DNA from: the human T2T-CHM13v2.0 reference genome, Homo sapiens
DNA length: 64,000 bases
Strand: one strand, 5' to 3'
Assembly (NCBI RefSeq): GCF_009914755.1
Contig: NC_060931.1
The notes below the pieces were generated by a model that saw only the letters and a list, made by a program, of their open reading frames with translations, was not told the origin of the DNA and made no database searches. Positions 27,739 through 41,489 of the stretch are shown piece by piece (the first letter of the stretch is position 1; each line of letters opens with the position of its first letter). The position numbers were made by a program, and so were the translations under genes.

Positions 27739-28849
27739 CTTCCCGCCCCAGCCAGTCGAAGCAGTGGCGCGGGGCCTCCCAAGCCCAGGAGCCGGAGATG
27801 GAGGAGGTGGTGGAAGAGTTGGGGCTGCCTTTGCAGCTTTCCACCCTAGGCGGAGGGAACCTGCCAGGGGGCGTGCGGAGGTCCGCAATCTGAGACCGCG
27901 AAATGGCTTACAGCTGGACGTGATTGCCAAGACCCTTCTGGGCTGCTTCCAGAAGCGCGGAGGCTGGGGTGCTGTGCGCACTGGGGAGCACATGAGGGGA
28001 CATGCAGGGACTACCGGCGCGAATGGCTTCAACCCTACGCCCCCCACCCCACATTTCACAGTTGCCATGAAGACCGGGAGGTCTGCAAAAGCAGCGGGTA
28101 CAAGTCATTGAGGCCAAGAGGCGAGTCAGGCCTTTCTAGACCTCGCCCAACTCAGCTGGGCTGCGCTGGAAATTGACCGGAACAGGAACTATGAGAAAAT
28201 AGTCGGGCAAATGAGAAGTAAGCTCAAAAGCGTAGGCTCAAGAGCCATTTCAAGCCGGGCTGCGCCGGAAATTGACCAGAACAGGGACTATGAGAAAAGA
28301 GTCAGGCAAAGGAGGAGTAAGCTCAAAAGGGGAGGCTCAAGAGCTGTTTCAAGCTGGGCTGTGCCGGAAACTGACCGGAACAGGGATTATGAGAAAATAG
28401 TCGGGCAAACCAGGAGTAAGCTCAAAATCGGAGGCTCAAGAGCAGTTTCAAGCTGGGCTGTGCCAGAAATTGACTGGAATAGGGACTATGAGAAAATAGT
28501 CGGGCAAACGAGCAGTAAGCGCAAAAGCAGAGTCTCAAGAGCCGTTTCAATCTTCCCACCCCAGCCAGTTGAAGCGGTGGCGCGGGGCCTCCCAAGCCTG
28601 GGAGCCAGAGATGGAGGAAGAAGTGGAAGAGTTGGGGCTGCCTCTGAAGCTTTCGACCCTAGGCGGAGGGAACCTGCCAGGGGGTGCACGGAGGTCCGCA
28701 GTCTGAGATGGCTGAATAGCTGGATGTGATCGCCAAGACCCTTCTTCTTGGCTGCTTCCAGTTGATCCATAATTTCCTGGTGCAGCTCCGGGAAAAGGTG
28801 CACGAACTGCAGGCGTGTGCGTTCTCCAGCAGGACCACTCTCGGCATTG
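27576..28849 (+). pseudogene. DPY19L2P3: DPY19L2 pseudogene exon 1 (rearranged, partly duplicated)
   Basis: SQSKQWRGASQAQEPEMEE and [43 protein letters not shown] match the DPY19L2 N-terminus; donor GTGAGG at 28850. Paralog number inferred from neighbouring features. Confidence 0.85.
28155..28550 (+). repeat. 99-bp tandem repeat, block 2 (4 units)
   Basis: Units start at 28155, 28254, 28353 and 28452. Confidence 0.95.
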
Positions 28850-29789
28850 GTGAGGAAAGGTCAGGAGAGCCCTAGGAGGGAGCCGCATGGCGCTTTTCTT
28901 GAGTCTTGAAGGCGATCAGTTTAACAAGCAAGGGTTTGTGGGTGTCTAGTAGCAAATAATAGCAAGGTCCGAGCTCTGGAAAAGCGTGGCAAGAATCGCC
29001 AAGCCCCATTAGTTCTTGTTTTAAAACATTTTCAGGGTTTTCTGACAATAGTCACCCCTATGTCACAATAAGGATATGTTATCTGAATCAGGGCAGCCAA
29101 TTATCGTACTTAGTAAAAATGATTAGCTGGCTCTTGGGGAACAGACATTATGTTTCTCAGCACCTGAAAGCAGAATAAAATGGAGTAAAAAAAAATTAGT
29201 TGAGAACATTTATAATGGAAATAGGGCCAAAGTAGATATATATTGCCCGATTGACTTCCATCTTGCTGTGGAGCTTCAGTGCCTACAATTAGGAGATTTC
29301 CTTATTTATGCACTTGAAGGGTTTTTCTTCCCCCCATTCCCTTTCCCTCATTCGCTTCATTTTCTGTACCATAAGAGGGAGCTTAAATGTTGTTGCTGTT
29401 GGTATAGAATCAGTTTTGAGCCTGGCCCTAAGTCAGACTGGCTGCTGATATAAACTGTCATAGATAAATGTCTCTTAATGTCAATTATTGTAATTTTCTC
29501 ACTGTAAGTTGACTGTTGATGTCAAAGTAGAATGTGTCCCCACACTTGAAGTGTTAACAGTACTTGAGGAATGATGGAGGTTCAGACTTGGATTTTATCA
29601 GATATCTAATTATGCCAGTGAACACATCCCCCATCCAGAATCAGCGTGGTCCTGGAAACCAAGCTGTACTGCCATCCCCAACACAAGCTCCAGTGCACCA
29701 ACATCTCGTGCATTGAAGGAACCCTAGAGTTTGGTGAATAATGCGTGACTATTGTGACTGTTATGGGAGTTCAGAAGTGTGAACAAATG

Positions 29790-30760
29790 CTTTAGGATGG
29801 GAAATGGGAAATGAGATCAGGGAAGACTTTTAGGAAAAGGTGAGATTCGAATTGTGACAAAAGGCTTATATTTGGATATGTGGAGCTGAGATCAATAAGT
29901 GTCAGAGGCTGATAGAACAGCATGATCAAAGTCATAGGAGGCAGAAAACATGAAAGCCAAGTAGGCTGAAATGAAGGGCATGAGAAAGAAGTAGCAGGAA
30001 ATAAGTTGAGAAGGTTGATTGAGACCAGCCTTGGAGAGTCTAATTCAAGGTTAGGTGTAAGGCATTTGAACTCCATCTGTAGGAAGGCGTTAATTCTTTT
30101 CTTTAAAAAAAATTTTTTTAATGAGATGAAATCACATAACATAAAATTAATCATTTTAAAGTGAACAGTTTAGTGGCATATAGTACATTCCCAATACTGA
30201 CACCAAACAATTTTTAAATAGAGTGACATGATCAGAAGTGAGCTTCAGAGATTAACTTGGCAGCAGTGTGTAAGAGAGACTGAGAAAGGAAGCAGAAAGA
30301 ATAATTGGAAAACTAGCACTAGAATCCAGGCAATAATAGTCTTCACGAGGGTAGCCACAGAAGACATGGAGAGGAGAGGATAGGTGAGAGCTGATGGAGA
30401 CATTTGACAGGACTGGATGGGTGGCCTGGTAGAAGAGGAGCCTGGGAAGGGAGAAAGTTCAGGAATGAAGGTTCAGGAATGAAGGATATGGGAGTTATCT
30501 CTGTAGACGTGAGCACCGAAACTTTAAGAATGAGTGAAACTGCCAAGAGAGAAAAGTCAGCAAAGGACAGATACTTGGGGAAAACTTTTGGTTTTAAGAG
30601 ATGAGAGGAAAAGGAAAAACCAGATAAAATCAGAGTAGTCACAGAAATAGAACTGGGAAAGTTGGTGTGATGAAAGATGAGAGGGGAAGAGAGCCAAGAA
30701 TCTAACCAAATGCTACAGAAAGACACAAAAGAATTGTGATAACTAAAAGGTTGTTGGTCA
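29790..30760 (-). mobile_element. Degraded L2 fragments with a short L1 insert (about 30100-30200)
   Basis: Purine-rich L2-like motifs (GAGTGACATGATCAGA, AATCCAGGCAA). Confidence 0.55.
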
Positions 30761-32858
30761 TTTAAAAAAAAAAACTTACGGGAACTTAGTAGAAAGAAGT
30801 TGGCCAAAGATCTTGTCATTGAACCAGGGGAGAGAGAGACATGGGGAGTATATTGGTTTGAAGGGTTGTCAGATCGCAGAGAGTGTTTTAAGGTCTAGGA
30901 GTTTTAAAGGTTGAGGGGAAGGATCAAGGGAAGAGGATGATATTAAGATTCCAAGAGAGGAAATAATTAGTGGAGCAAGTCTTGGAATATTTGGGAGGGG
31001 TAGAATTAAAGGCACAAATTTGAGAAGCTAACTGTGGAAAAGAGGAGAGGGAATTCCTTTTCTGAGATGGCAGGGAGTAGAAAAGTGAGGATTACTATAT
31101 GGAGAAATGTTAAAGTGGAGATAAAAGAAGTCGGGAGTGCTGGCGTCTAATGGTCTTTGTTGCAGTGAAGTATGAGGCTGTGGTCACCTTCAGAGGTGAG
31201 ACTGATAGGATGCCGGGGTCCAGGGGACACGCTTCTTCACAGCTTGGAAAGGGCATGTGATAAGCCCTTCAAGCATTTAGAATACTGGCATCGTTACACC
31301 ATATCATTTTTTTTCAGATGTGGTATGTGGGTTAAGGGAGGGAGTGAGAGACACAGAAAGATTCTGAGCATCTTTGGAAAGCTGGATGAATTTGGAAGTA
31401 TATTTGACCTTTTCCTTATATATCATCTGAAGAGTTTTTGCCAGTGTATATGGTTGTTAGGAGAATTAGAAATAGGATACAAATATAGTTGAATAGTTGT
31501 ATATTTTAAAATTAATGAAGCCTAATAAACAGTTAATGAGCATCTTTAGAACCTTTTAAATTCTTCAACCTTTTAAAAATTATAGCAACCATGCTTGCGG
31601 ACAGTCCAAAAACACACCATGGGCCATACTTTGCCTATCCTGGTATAAAACAAGTAAATCTTCTGAGCAGTATTTAAGATAAGCCCAGGACAGTTAGTAA
31701 CATAGGAAAAGATCTGGATAAGCCTGGTTGAGAATTTCAACATTGCAATTTTTTAATTTTTAAAAATTTAATTTCTTCAATAATTATTGAATTAATTTGC
31801 ATTTATTTTGTTAGCCAAGTGGAGTGATTTTTGAATTTTTAAGAGGCTATTATTGGTGGTTTATAAGATGACTTGCCAAGTATATTTGGGATAACCATAA
31901 GAAATACCATTATAAGATCTCAGAAGGGAGGTGGGACTTCTGGAATAGCCAAGGAAATGCACTCCTCCATGACGACAATGAAAATACTTGGAAAATTATC
32001 AAAATCATTTTCTTCAAAACTTTGGAAATTAACCAAAGGTTTACAACAATCTAAAGGGCATTAATTCAAGAAAAGCTGCTGAAACTCTATAAGAACAGCA
32101 AAGTTTGTGGTGCTTTAACTTGTTCTATTCCCCACTCTTCTCTCCCCAGCTCCATGGTATCCTTGAAAACAAGCAATTCCCCAACCATACAGGGGCACAG
32201 GCTGTGTTTGCAGCTCCTGTAAAAGCTCCATACCCAGAGCAGTGTCTCCCAGCTCCCTGGTGAAGTCTTACGTATACATGGGGTGCTGGCACAGGTGACT
32301 CCAGATTAGTTTCCTAGGCCATCTAGTAGCTCCTAGGTCTGGGCGCTTGCAAAGAGCTTGCAATTCATCAAGGGTTGAGTTGCACAATGGGGCTTTTAGA
32401 TGTGCCGCTGAGGAAGTGATTGCCTGCATTTGTCTCCCGATGAATGCTAGAGAAACTGATCTAGAGTGGCTCCTCTTGGTTAGAATTAGCTGAAGCATAC
32501 TGTATATATTTACTTCTTTTAAAAATTTCATATAAAGGAATAGAAAATAATACTAAAAAAAAAAAAAGGTCACAATCTTCTATAATTCCATCACTCTTAT
32601 CAATTACCTGAAGTAAAAAAACTCTCTCAAGTCTCTCCCTTTGCTTGTCAAGCCCCGCTGCAGACAGGTAAGCTCTGTTCAAAATTTGCTTTGTGTCCTG
32701 GATTTTTTCCTATGCTCATAGAGACAGGATTAGCTGGCTGTCTTGCTTTGTGTGCTATCTTTTCTAGACATGTAAAATAATACATTTGAAATACTTGTTT
32801 TAATGGTATTTTATAATAAAGCAGCTTTTAATAACTTTTCTTTTTTTCTTTATTCCAG

Positions 32859-32883
32859 CCGTCTTTGTGGCAATTTTACATTG
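32859..32883 (+). pseudogene. DPY19L2P3: DPY19L2 pseudogene exon 2 (25 nt)
   Basis: Pyrimidine tract-CAG / AVFVAILHW / GTAAGA. Confidence 0.88.
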
Positions 32884-33225
32884 GTAAGATTTAGTTTCAG
32901 TTTGAAATATTTAAAAACATTTGAATTAAAAATTGCCATCACTCTTTGCATACAGTAAAACAGCTTCTGGCTATATTTGTAGAACATCTTTATGTGCACC
33001 AATTTATACGTATACTTTGCTTTTTTACAAACCTCATATGTGAAGCAGCATTTACAAAACAGATGCATTAGGGGAATAGTAACTTGTGAATTAAAATCGT
33101 TTTGCTACCAAATAATTCACTACACGTTTCTTTAAATATCTAGCTTTTCTAGTGTATTTTGCATGTGTAGTTCATTTAAAACCCTCCTTTATTTTATGGT
33201 AATTATATGTTGTTAGTGAAATAAC

Positions 33226-33518
33226 TTTTTTTTTCTTTTTTTTTGAGACAGAGTCTTGCTCTGTCTCTCAAGCTGGAGTGCAGTGGCACAACCTTGACTC
33301 ACTGCCTCCCAGGCTGAAGTGATTCTCATGCCTCAGCATTCTGAATAGCTGGAATTACAGGTGTGCACCATCACACCCAGCCAATTTGTTGTATTTTTAG
33401 TGGAGACGAGGTTTCACCATGTTGGCCAGGCTGGTGTCAAACTCCTGGCCTCAAATGATCCACGTGCCTCAGCCTCCCAAAGTGTTGGGATTACAGGTAT
33501 GAGCCACCACACCCAGCC
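33226..33518 (-). mobile_element. Alu (AluJ/Sz-like)
   Basis: Reverse Alu; TSD AGTGAAATAACTTT. Confidence 0.95.
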
Positions 33519-33538
33519 AGTGAAATAACTTTGGTGAT

Positions 33539-33856
<318 letters not shown>

Positions 33857-34651
33857 TTAGTAACACCTGCCAATTGGAAATCAGGTAAAAAAGAAGACAA
33901 AGATTCTGCAGTGGTTATACAGAATTAAATGGCTTTGAGCCTTTCAGTGTGCAAGCCTGTGTACATTATTTTACAAAAGTGTTTATAAAAATTTGTAAAA
34001 TAATATTTCCCTCTGGAATATTTTATTTTTACCTGTGCTCAGCGATTTCTACCCTTGGGAGGTATGAGATGTGCCCCTATGTTCTGTTGACACAGTGCTG
34101 CTCTAGACATTTAGTCTGCAGGGAGATTTCGATATTAGAACTGAGGCTGCAATGGTAGGGAATATTCCTGCAGTTTTTGGTACCCTGGCATATGGCCTAC
34201 ATGTAAAGAACGGTTAGTGGAAAACAGGGTTAATGTATGGAACTTTGCTTTATTTTCAACTTCACTGGAAAGTACTGACTACATAAGTTAGCTATAGCAT
34301 AATTGTTGACCACAGCTAATTTTGTTTATCACATATGCTCCTTTCTTCACTGCCGACAGCTGCTGAGTTTCACTACTAAAAGGTCTTCAAGTACACACCT
34401 GTATTCTTTGGCACTTGAAAGTTGATCCCTTATGTGATATTATACTTATTGTAAGTCTGCTTTGATCTAAAGTAATTTTATTTAAAATTATATTCGGAAC
34501 CCTTTTCAACAGTTATGGAGGTATTTCCCAAGGCCGGTACACTAGAATCACTTGAAACTTAAAAAACAAACAATAACCTGCCTCTGTTCTGATTTTGAGG
34601 CCTGGGACGGAAGGGAGCGTGAAAAAAGCCACAAGAATTTTAGATATATAA

Positions 34652-34966
<315 letters not shown>

Positions 34967-35189
34967 AACAATTAAGTTTAAAAACCACTGAGTTAAGGAA
35001 TTTCAGGTGTGTGCCATACTGCATTATAAATGCCTAAAAACATACAAGTTGGTAAGCAAATTATAAAAACAATATTATAACAATTTATTATTTTCTTTTT
35101 CATGGCTTTCTTACTTTGCTTATCGCTTATTTTAGTGTTGGTTTTGAAACTTGTTCTCACTGTAATATGATACTTCATTTTTTTTCTAG

Positions 35190-35286
35190 GTTACATTTAG
35201 TAACACTTTTTGAAAATGATCGTCATTTCTCTCACCTCTCATCTTTGGAACGGGAGATGACTTAGATGACTTCTCCCACTGAAATG
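35190..35286 (+). pseudogene. DPY19L2P3: DPY19L2 pseudogene exon 3 with in-frame stop
   Basis: [31 protein letters not shown]; AG/GT borders. Confidence 0.92.
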
Positions 35287-36891
35287 GTTAGATTTCTTCT
35301 TCTAACGAATTAATCTGTGGTTTAAGAATAGTGAGACTATGAGGTAGAAATGTATTAGGAATTGAAACCAGCTTTTGGTGAACTGCACTGTTTCGTAAGC
35401 TATAACCCAGGTTTATTATTTAAATAGTAAAGTGTTTGAGATTATTTTTCTGTTACTTATTTCATTGTCTCTCACCCTTTCCTAATGCAGACTTCTTTTT
35501 AAGATAATAAAGATGAATTATAATAGCTGAGGAAGGAGGACAAAGAAAGCACTGAAGAAGTGATAAAGGGGAATGAAATAAGATGTTATCAGAAATTGCT
35601 TTTTCTTTGGCTACAGTTGGGAGATCCCATGTTTTACTGGGTCTTTTACTGATGATGATTATTATTTGGCTCTCTTTTGATTTCAAGATAATCTCTTTTA
35701 AGAGATAACTTTTGATATAATTTTTAAATAATTTTCTGTTTTTCGATACTTAATCTTTAAAATGGAGTTCTCTGCCGTACACATCTCACATAATTATTGT
35801 GGGGAGTAAGTGGGATAGCAAATGCCAAAATTGCAGTTTTACATTTAGAAGACACCACAACCGTCCATCTTCCAGATCTGCTCGCAGCTGGTCGGGGGCC
35901 TAGTGAAGCACTGAAACTGACTCTCCTCACTCTAACCATTGCTTTTTGTTTAAATTATGGTAAAATTTAGATTTAAATTTCTAATAAAAAATTTCAATAC
36001 GTTTATCATTTAAGCATACAATTTAGTGACATTAAGTACATTCGTGTTGTCTTGCAACTATTACCACTGTCCACATCCAGAACTTTTTTTGCTATCCCAA
36101 ACGGAAACTCCACCCACTAAACACTAATCACACCCAGCTCTATTTTCTGTCTCTATGATTTTGCCTATGCCAGGCCCCTCAGTCACTGCTTTTTAATTTT
36201 CATCCCTATATTGCCCCTATAAAGTTTCAAAGCATTGGATACATTAACATATGTATGACATCTGAACATTTTAAAGGTATTTCCAAAGACAGAATATAAA
36301 ATAGTATTAAATAAAGAGTGTAACTGTGGCAGAGTCTGGACTTTGGTGACAGACTGCTGGATTCTAATAGCAGTTCTGTGCTTTATTGTATCATGGCTAG
36401 TCAGGTCACCTCTCAGATTCTCAGTAATCTCATCTGCTCAATAGAAATAATGCCAACCTTAGAGAGGTTTAGGGAAAATGAAGGGAGATAATGAATGGCA
36501 ACACATAGCAGGATACTTAACACAAAACAATAGCTGTTATTAGTAACTTATTTATATATTTAATATTTCCTTACATATAGACTTTTGCATATTAGATATC
36601 CTTTAATTATTGTATTGCTTTGTTATCCTCCTAAGCAGAAAGGAAAATTCTTTATGAACTCATATTTTGCCAATCAACTATGAGGTAATGGCCTTTCCGA
36701 CACCAGCTAAAACAAACCTTTAATTTAGTAGTTACTCGTGTTGGATGAGGCAGATATGATTATAGCATATAGCATTTTTTAGGGAGAGTGCATTTTAAAC
36801 AATGTGGCCCTTTTTTGCTTTTAGATTTTAGGAGTGAAAACAAGAAATTGATGGGAAAATAAGACACAACATGCTGTTGTTAATCCACGAA

Positions 36892-37456
36892 TTTTTTTTT
36901 TAATTATACTTTTAAGTTCTAGGGTGCATATGCACAACACGCAGGTTTGTTACATATGTATACATGTGCCATGTTGGTGTGCTGCATCCATTAACTCATC
37001 ATTTACATTAGGTATATCTCCTAATGCTATCCCTCCCCCCTCCCCCCACCCCATGACAGGCCCCGGTGTGTGATGTTCCCCTTCCTGTGTCCAAGTGTTC
37101 TCATTGTTCAATTCCCACATATGAGTGAGAACATGCGGTGTTTGGTTTTCTGTCCTTGCGATAGTTTACTGAGAATGATGGTTTCCAGCTTCCTCCATGT
37201 CCTTACAAAGGACATGAACTCATCCTTTTTTATGGCTGCATAGTATTCCATGGTGTATATGTGCCACATTTTCTCAATCCAGTCTATCATTGATGGACAT
37301 ATGGGTTGGTTCCAAGTCTTTGCTACTGTGACTAGTGACGCAATAAACATACGTGTACATGTGTCTTTATAGCAGCATGATTTATAATCCTTTGGGTATA
37401 TACCCAGTAATGGGATGGCTGGGTCAAATGGTATTTCTAGTTCTAGATCCTTGAGA
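36892..37456 (-). mobile_element. Young L1PA 3' fragment
   Basis: ORF2 C-terminus WHIYTMEYYAAIKKDEFMSF and 3' UTR; TSD TTAATCCA(C/T)GAATTT. Confidence 0.95.
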
Positions 37457-38128
37457 TTAATCCATGAATTTTAACTCAACAGCATTTCTACTATCCTAAT
37501 GAAGACTTTATTTTATATGCTGAAGTGTAAGACACTAAAATAATCTGCTTTTTAGTACATAGCATTTGTAAGCAACAATAGTCAATCGACATTGAGCTTT
37601 CACTTTGTACAGAGGATTAGATGGAGCTATGAAGTAAGCTAGAAGCATTGGATTCCTTGCCCATGATGCTTATGGTCATTATATTTTATTTCCTAAGAGC
37701 ATGGGAAAAAAAGTAATTTTCTATATGCAAAGTTGTACAGAGGCATGAAGGCATCCCTGTTTATGACAGAATTAATCAGAGGTCAACCTTCAAGCATCTC
37801 AAATGTGGGGGATAAAACCCAGATTTGATAAAATTAAACATGTACTGTCTACACACTTTAAGACAATATTAGATAAACTCTTTAAATTGTTGGACCATAC
37901 CTCCAACTCTTTAGTTTGAAAACCTATAGACAATTTGAAAGAATAGTACGGTGATCACCTGAAAATACGTGCTTTTTAAAGTCCAAGAATGCAAAATAGC
38001 AAGGAGTAATTAGGAAGTCTTATTATTGACCTTTTTTTTTTCAGAAAAAAAATGTACTAAAGAATTGATAAAAATAAATATTTTAAAGTTTTAATTACAT
38101 TGACAATATGTGCCTTTAAAAAAAAAAG

Positions 38129-38266
38129 GGACTTTATTATTCCTACTTCAAGAACAATATTGAAGCATCTTCATTTTTGGAAGGACTGTGGATGATTATG
38201 AATGACAGGCTTACTGAATATCCTCTTGTAATTAATACAGTAAAACGCTTCCATCTTTATCCAGAG
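38129..38266 (+). pseudogene. DPY19L2P3: DPY19L2 pseudogene exon 4
   Basis: [46 protein letters not shown]; donor GTGAGT. Confidence 0.92.
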
Positions 38267-38929
38267 GTGAGTCATAATTTGAGACAAATAATATTTGTAG
38301 AGTGATCCTTTTTATCAGATATAAATAGTAAGCACAATCTTGTTAAAAAGAAAGGGAGGGGACCTTTCAGGTTTATTAATTGTGTGTATCCTTATAGGTG
38401 AGCAGAATATCATAAGTTCTTCTCTTAAAATTTAAAGACCCCAGAAACTGTTCTCGCATGAACTCAAAGAATGAACCTTAGTGTGTAAATAATGGCCAGG
38501 GTAATAGACAAGCCAAATGGAAAAGAGAGTCATGGGAGCCAAAACGGTTCTAAATAGGGATGGGCTTTTGGCTTTCGAGAACTTGTAGGTGGGCACGATG
38601 ACCACGTGAAGGGACGGTGAGAATGATGGGCTTGAATAGTGATCTTGGAGTTACGTTAGTAAAGTAAGACTTCTTTTTCAGCCAGAAATCTATTACTATC
38701 TTCCAACACTTAGCCTAAAAGAGTATGGTTGTTATAGTAGTCTGTAAACGCTAGAAATTTGAAAAACAGAGACAAAATTAGTGAACTCAAGTTTGTGAAC
38801 TCAAGATAAATGCTAAATTTGACACCATGGTAAATACTACTGTTGAGTTTAAAGTTGTCCCAGAATCCAGCATATTAATTAAAAGTTACTGATTTCTAGT
38901 CCTTTATTCATATTTTTATAGCTTTTAAA

Positions 38930-40810
38930 AATTATTCTTTAGATTTTGAAATGCTTAAAACTACAGACTTAGAAAATAATATTCAAATATGTGTGATCAA
39001 CCATCTAGAATAAATAAATGCTAATCTTTGTCATTTTTGCATCAGCTATTTTAAAATAATTAAAATATTAGAAATACAGTTAAAATCACCTTTGTTCTGC
39101 TTCTAGTCCAACTTATACCTTTATTAAAATTTGGTGTGTGTATCCATCCAATCTCTGTTTTCAGATTGTTTTATTATGTGCTTTAAGTCCACATAAATGA
39201 TCTCATACTGTATGTATCACTGTAGAATTTTTTCTTCAAAATTGTATTTTTGAACTTTCTGTATATATATATTTCTTTAATTTTAACCATTTTATGAATT
39301 CTAAAGTTTATATATTTCCCCACCTTAATACATTATTTCCAATTTTTCAATTACAAGCAATGTAATCTAAAATGTACACTTTCGTATGGTTTTCTTCTGT
39401 ATATGTGCAATATTTTGTCTAGGATATATACCTAAAAGTGGAATTGCTATTATAGAGTGTGTGCTTTTTCAGCTTTACCACATATTGCTAAATTGCTGTC
39501 TGAAGCAAATGTGGCAGTTCACACTGCTGTCTAGAATTTTCTCATATCCTTATTAGATTTTGAATTGTCAGACCCTGTGATTTTTACTCTTATGATGGCT
39601 GTGATATGCTTTTTTGTTTTAATTTGTTCTTCCCTTATTATTTATGGGAATAAATATATTACCATGTTTAAACAGCATTTGGATTTTTTTCTTCTATCAA
39701 CAACATATATAAATCTTTGTCACCAAATCAGCTTTTTTGAGGTATGACTTACACGTAATAAAATGTGCCAATTTTGAGTGTACCATTCTCTGAATTTTGA
39801 CAAATGTATGAAGCTATGTATCCATCACCACAATTGAGTTACAAAACATTTTCAGAATGCCAAAAAAATGCTCCATTGTGGTAACTGTCTTTTCCCCCAT
39901 TGAATTAATTTTCTCGGTACATTCGTTGAAAATTGATTGACCACACTATGTGTGAATCTGTTTCTGGACTCTATTATTCTCTTGATCTATAATTATGCCA
40001 GTACCACAGTCTTGATTACTGTAGCTTTACAATAAATCTTGACTGTAGATAGTTCTCCAACTTTGTTTTTCCTTTTTAAAATTGCATTTCTATCTAAATG
40101 TTAGGGTCAGCTTATTAATTTCTCAAAAAAAAACCTGCTGGGATTTTGGTTGGGATTATGTTGGACTTGTACATGCATTTGGGAAGAATTGACATCTCTA
40201 TGATACTGAATTTTCTAATCCATGATCATGGTATAGATCTCCATTTTGTTGATTATTTTTAATTAGTCTCAGCAATGTTTTGTATTTTTCAATGTATGGT
40301 CTTCCCCAGTATTCTTTTATTATAAATGGTATTATTTTAAAATTTTTTTATTTTTCCATTTTTTGTTGCTCTTGTATAGAAATATAGTTGATTTTGAATA
40401 TTAACTTTGTACCTGCATCTTGATGCAGTCAGTGGTTCTAGTAGCTTGTTTGTAGAATCCTTTGGATTTTTCTATGCACGTGATGATAGAGTCTATAATT
40501 AAAAAGTTTTACTTTCCAGTAGATATACCCTAAATGTTTTTAAACAGCTTTATTGAGGTATAATTGACATATGATAGCTGGTCATATAGATGAAGTGTAA
40601 AGTTTGATTAGTTTTGGCCCACCTGTAAAACCATCACCAGTCAAGATAATGAGCATATCCCTCATCCCGAAGTTTCCCTGTCCTCCTTGGTAATCCCTCC
40701 TTCCTTCGTCTCTCTTTGCCCACATCCCATCCCTAGGAAACCACTAATATTCTCTGTCATTATGGTTTAGTTTGCATTTTCTAGAATTTTATAGAAATAG
40801 AAACAGAGTT
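38930..40810 (-). mobile_element. Cluster of old L1M fragments
   Basis: T-rich antisense L1 ORF2/3' motifs (GCCAGTACCACAGTCTTGATTACTGTAGCTTTA). Confidence 0.7.
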
Positions 40811-40979
40811 GTTCTGTGCCTAGGTCTTAATTTATGCGGTTGACTGAGTGATGACACAGATCAGTGCCACTGAAAGAAGAATTTATGACTAATACTTCCT
40901 TGGAGAAGAGGACAAGTCACATCACACAGAGCCACAGGAGAGATACAGTTTGGTCAGGCAGAAGCAGGACTGAGGGTAA

Positions 40980-41437
<458 letters not shown>

Positions 41438-41489
41438 TAAAGGGCTAATACACCTAATATATAAAGAACTCTTAATTCTTTATATATTT

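Larger units (their letters stand above)
27070..28900. promoter_or_regulatory. GC/CpG-rich promoter-exon 1 region of the DPY19L2 pseudogene
   Basis: Locally high GC and CpG; CACGTG at 27095, 27242 and 27382; six CCGGAA ETS-like cores in the repeats. Confidence 0.65.

Noticed and set aside
27541-28550. 99-bp repeats as a CRISPR-like array
   Set aside because: Units are contiguous with no unique spacers, derive from DPY19L2 exon 1, and there are no cas genes; the DNA is primate
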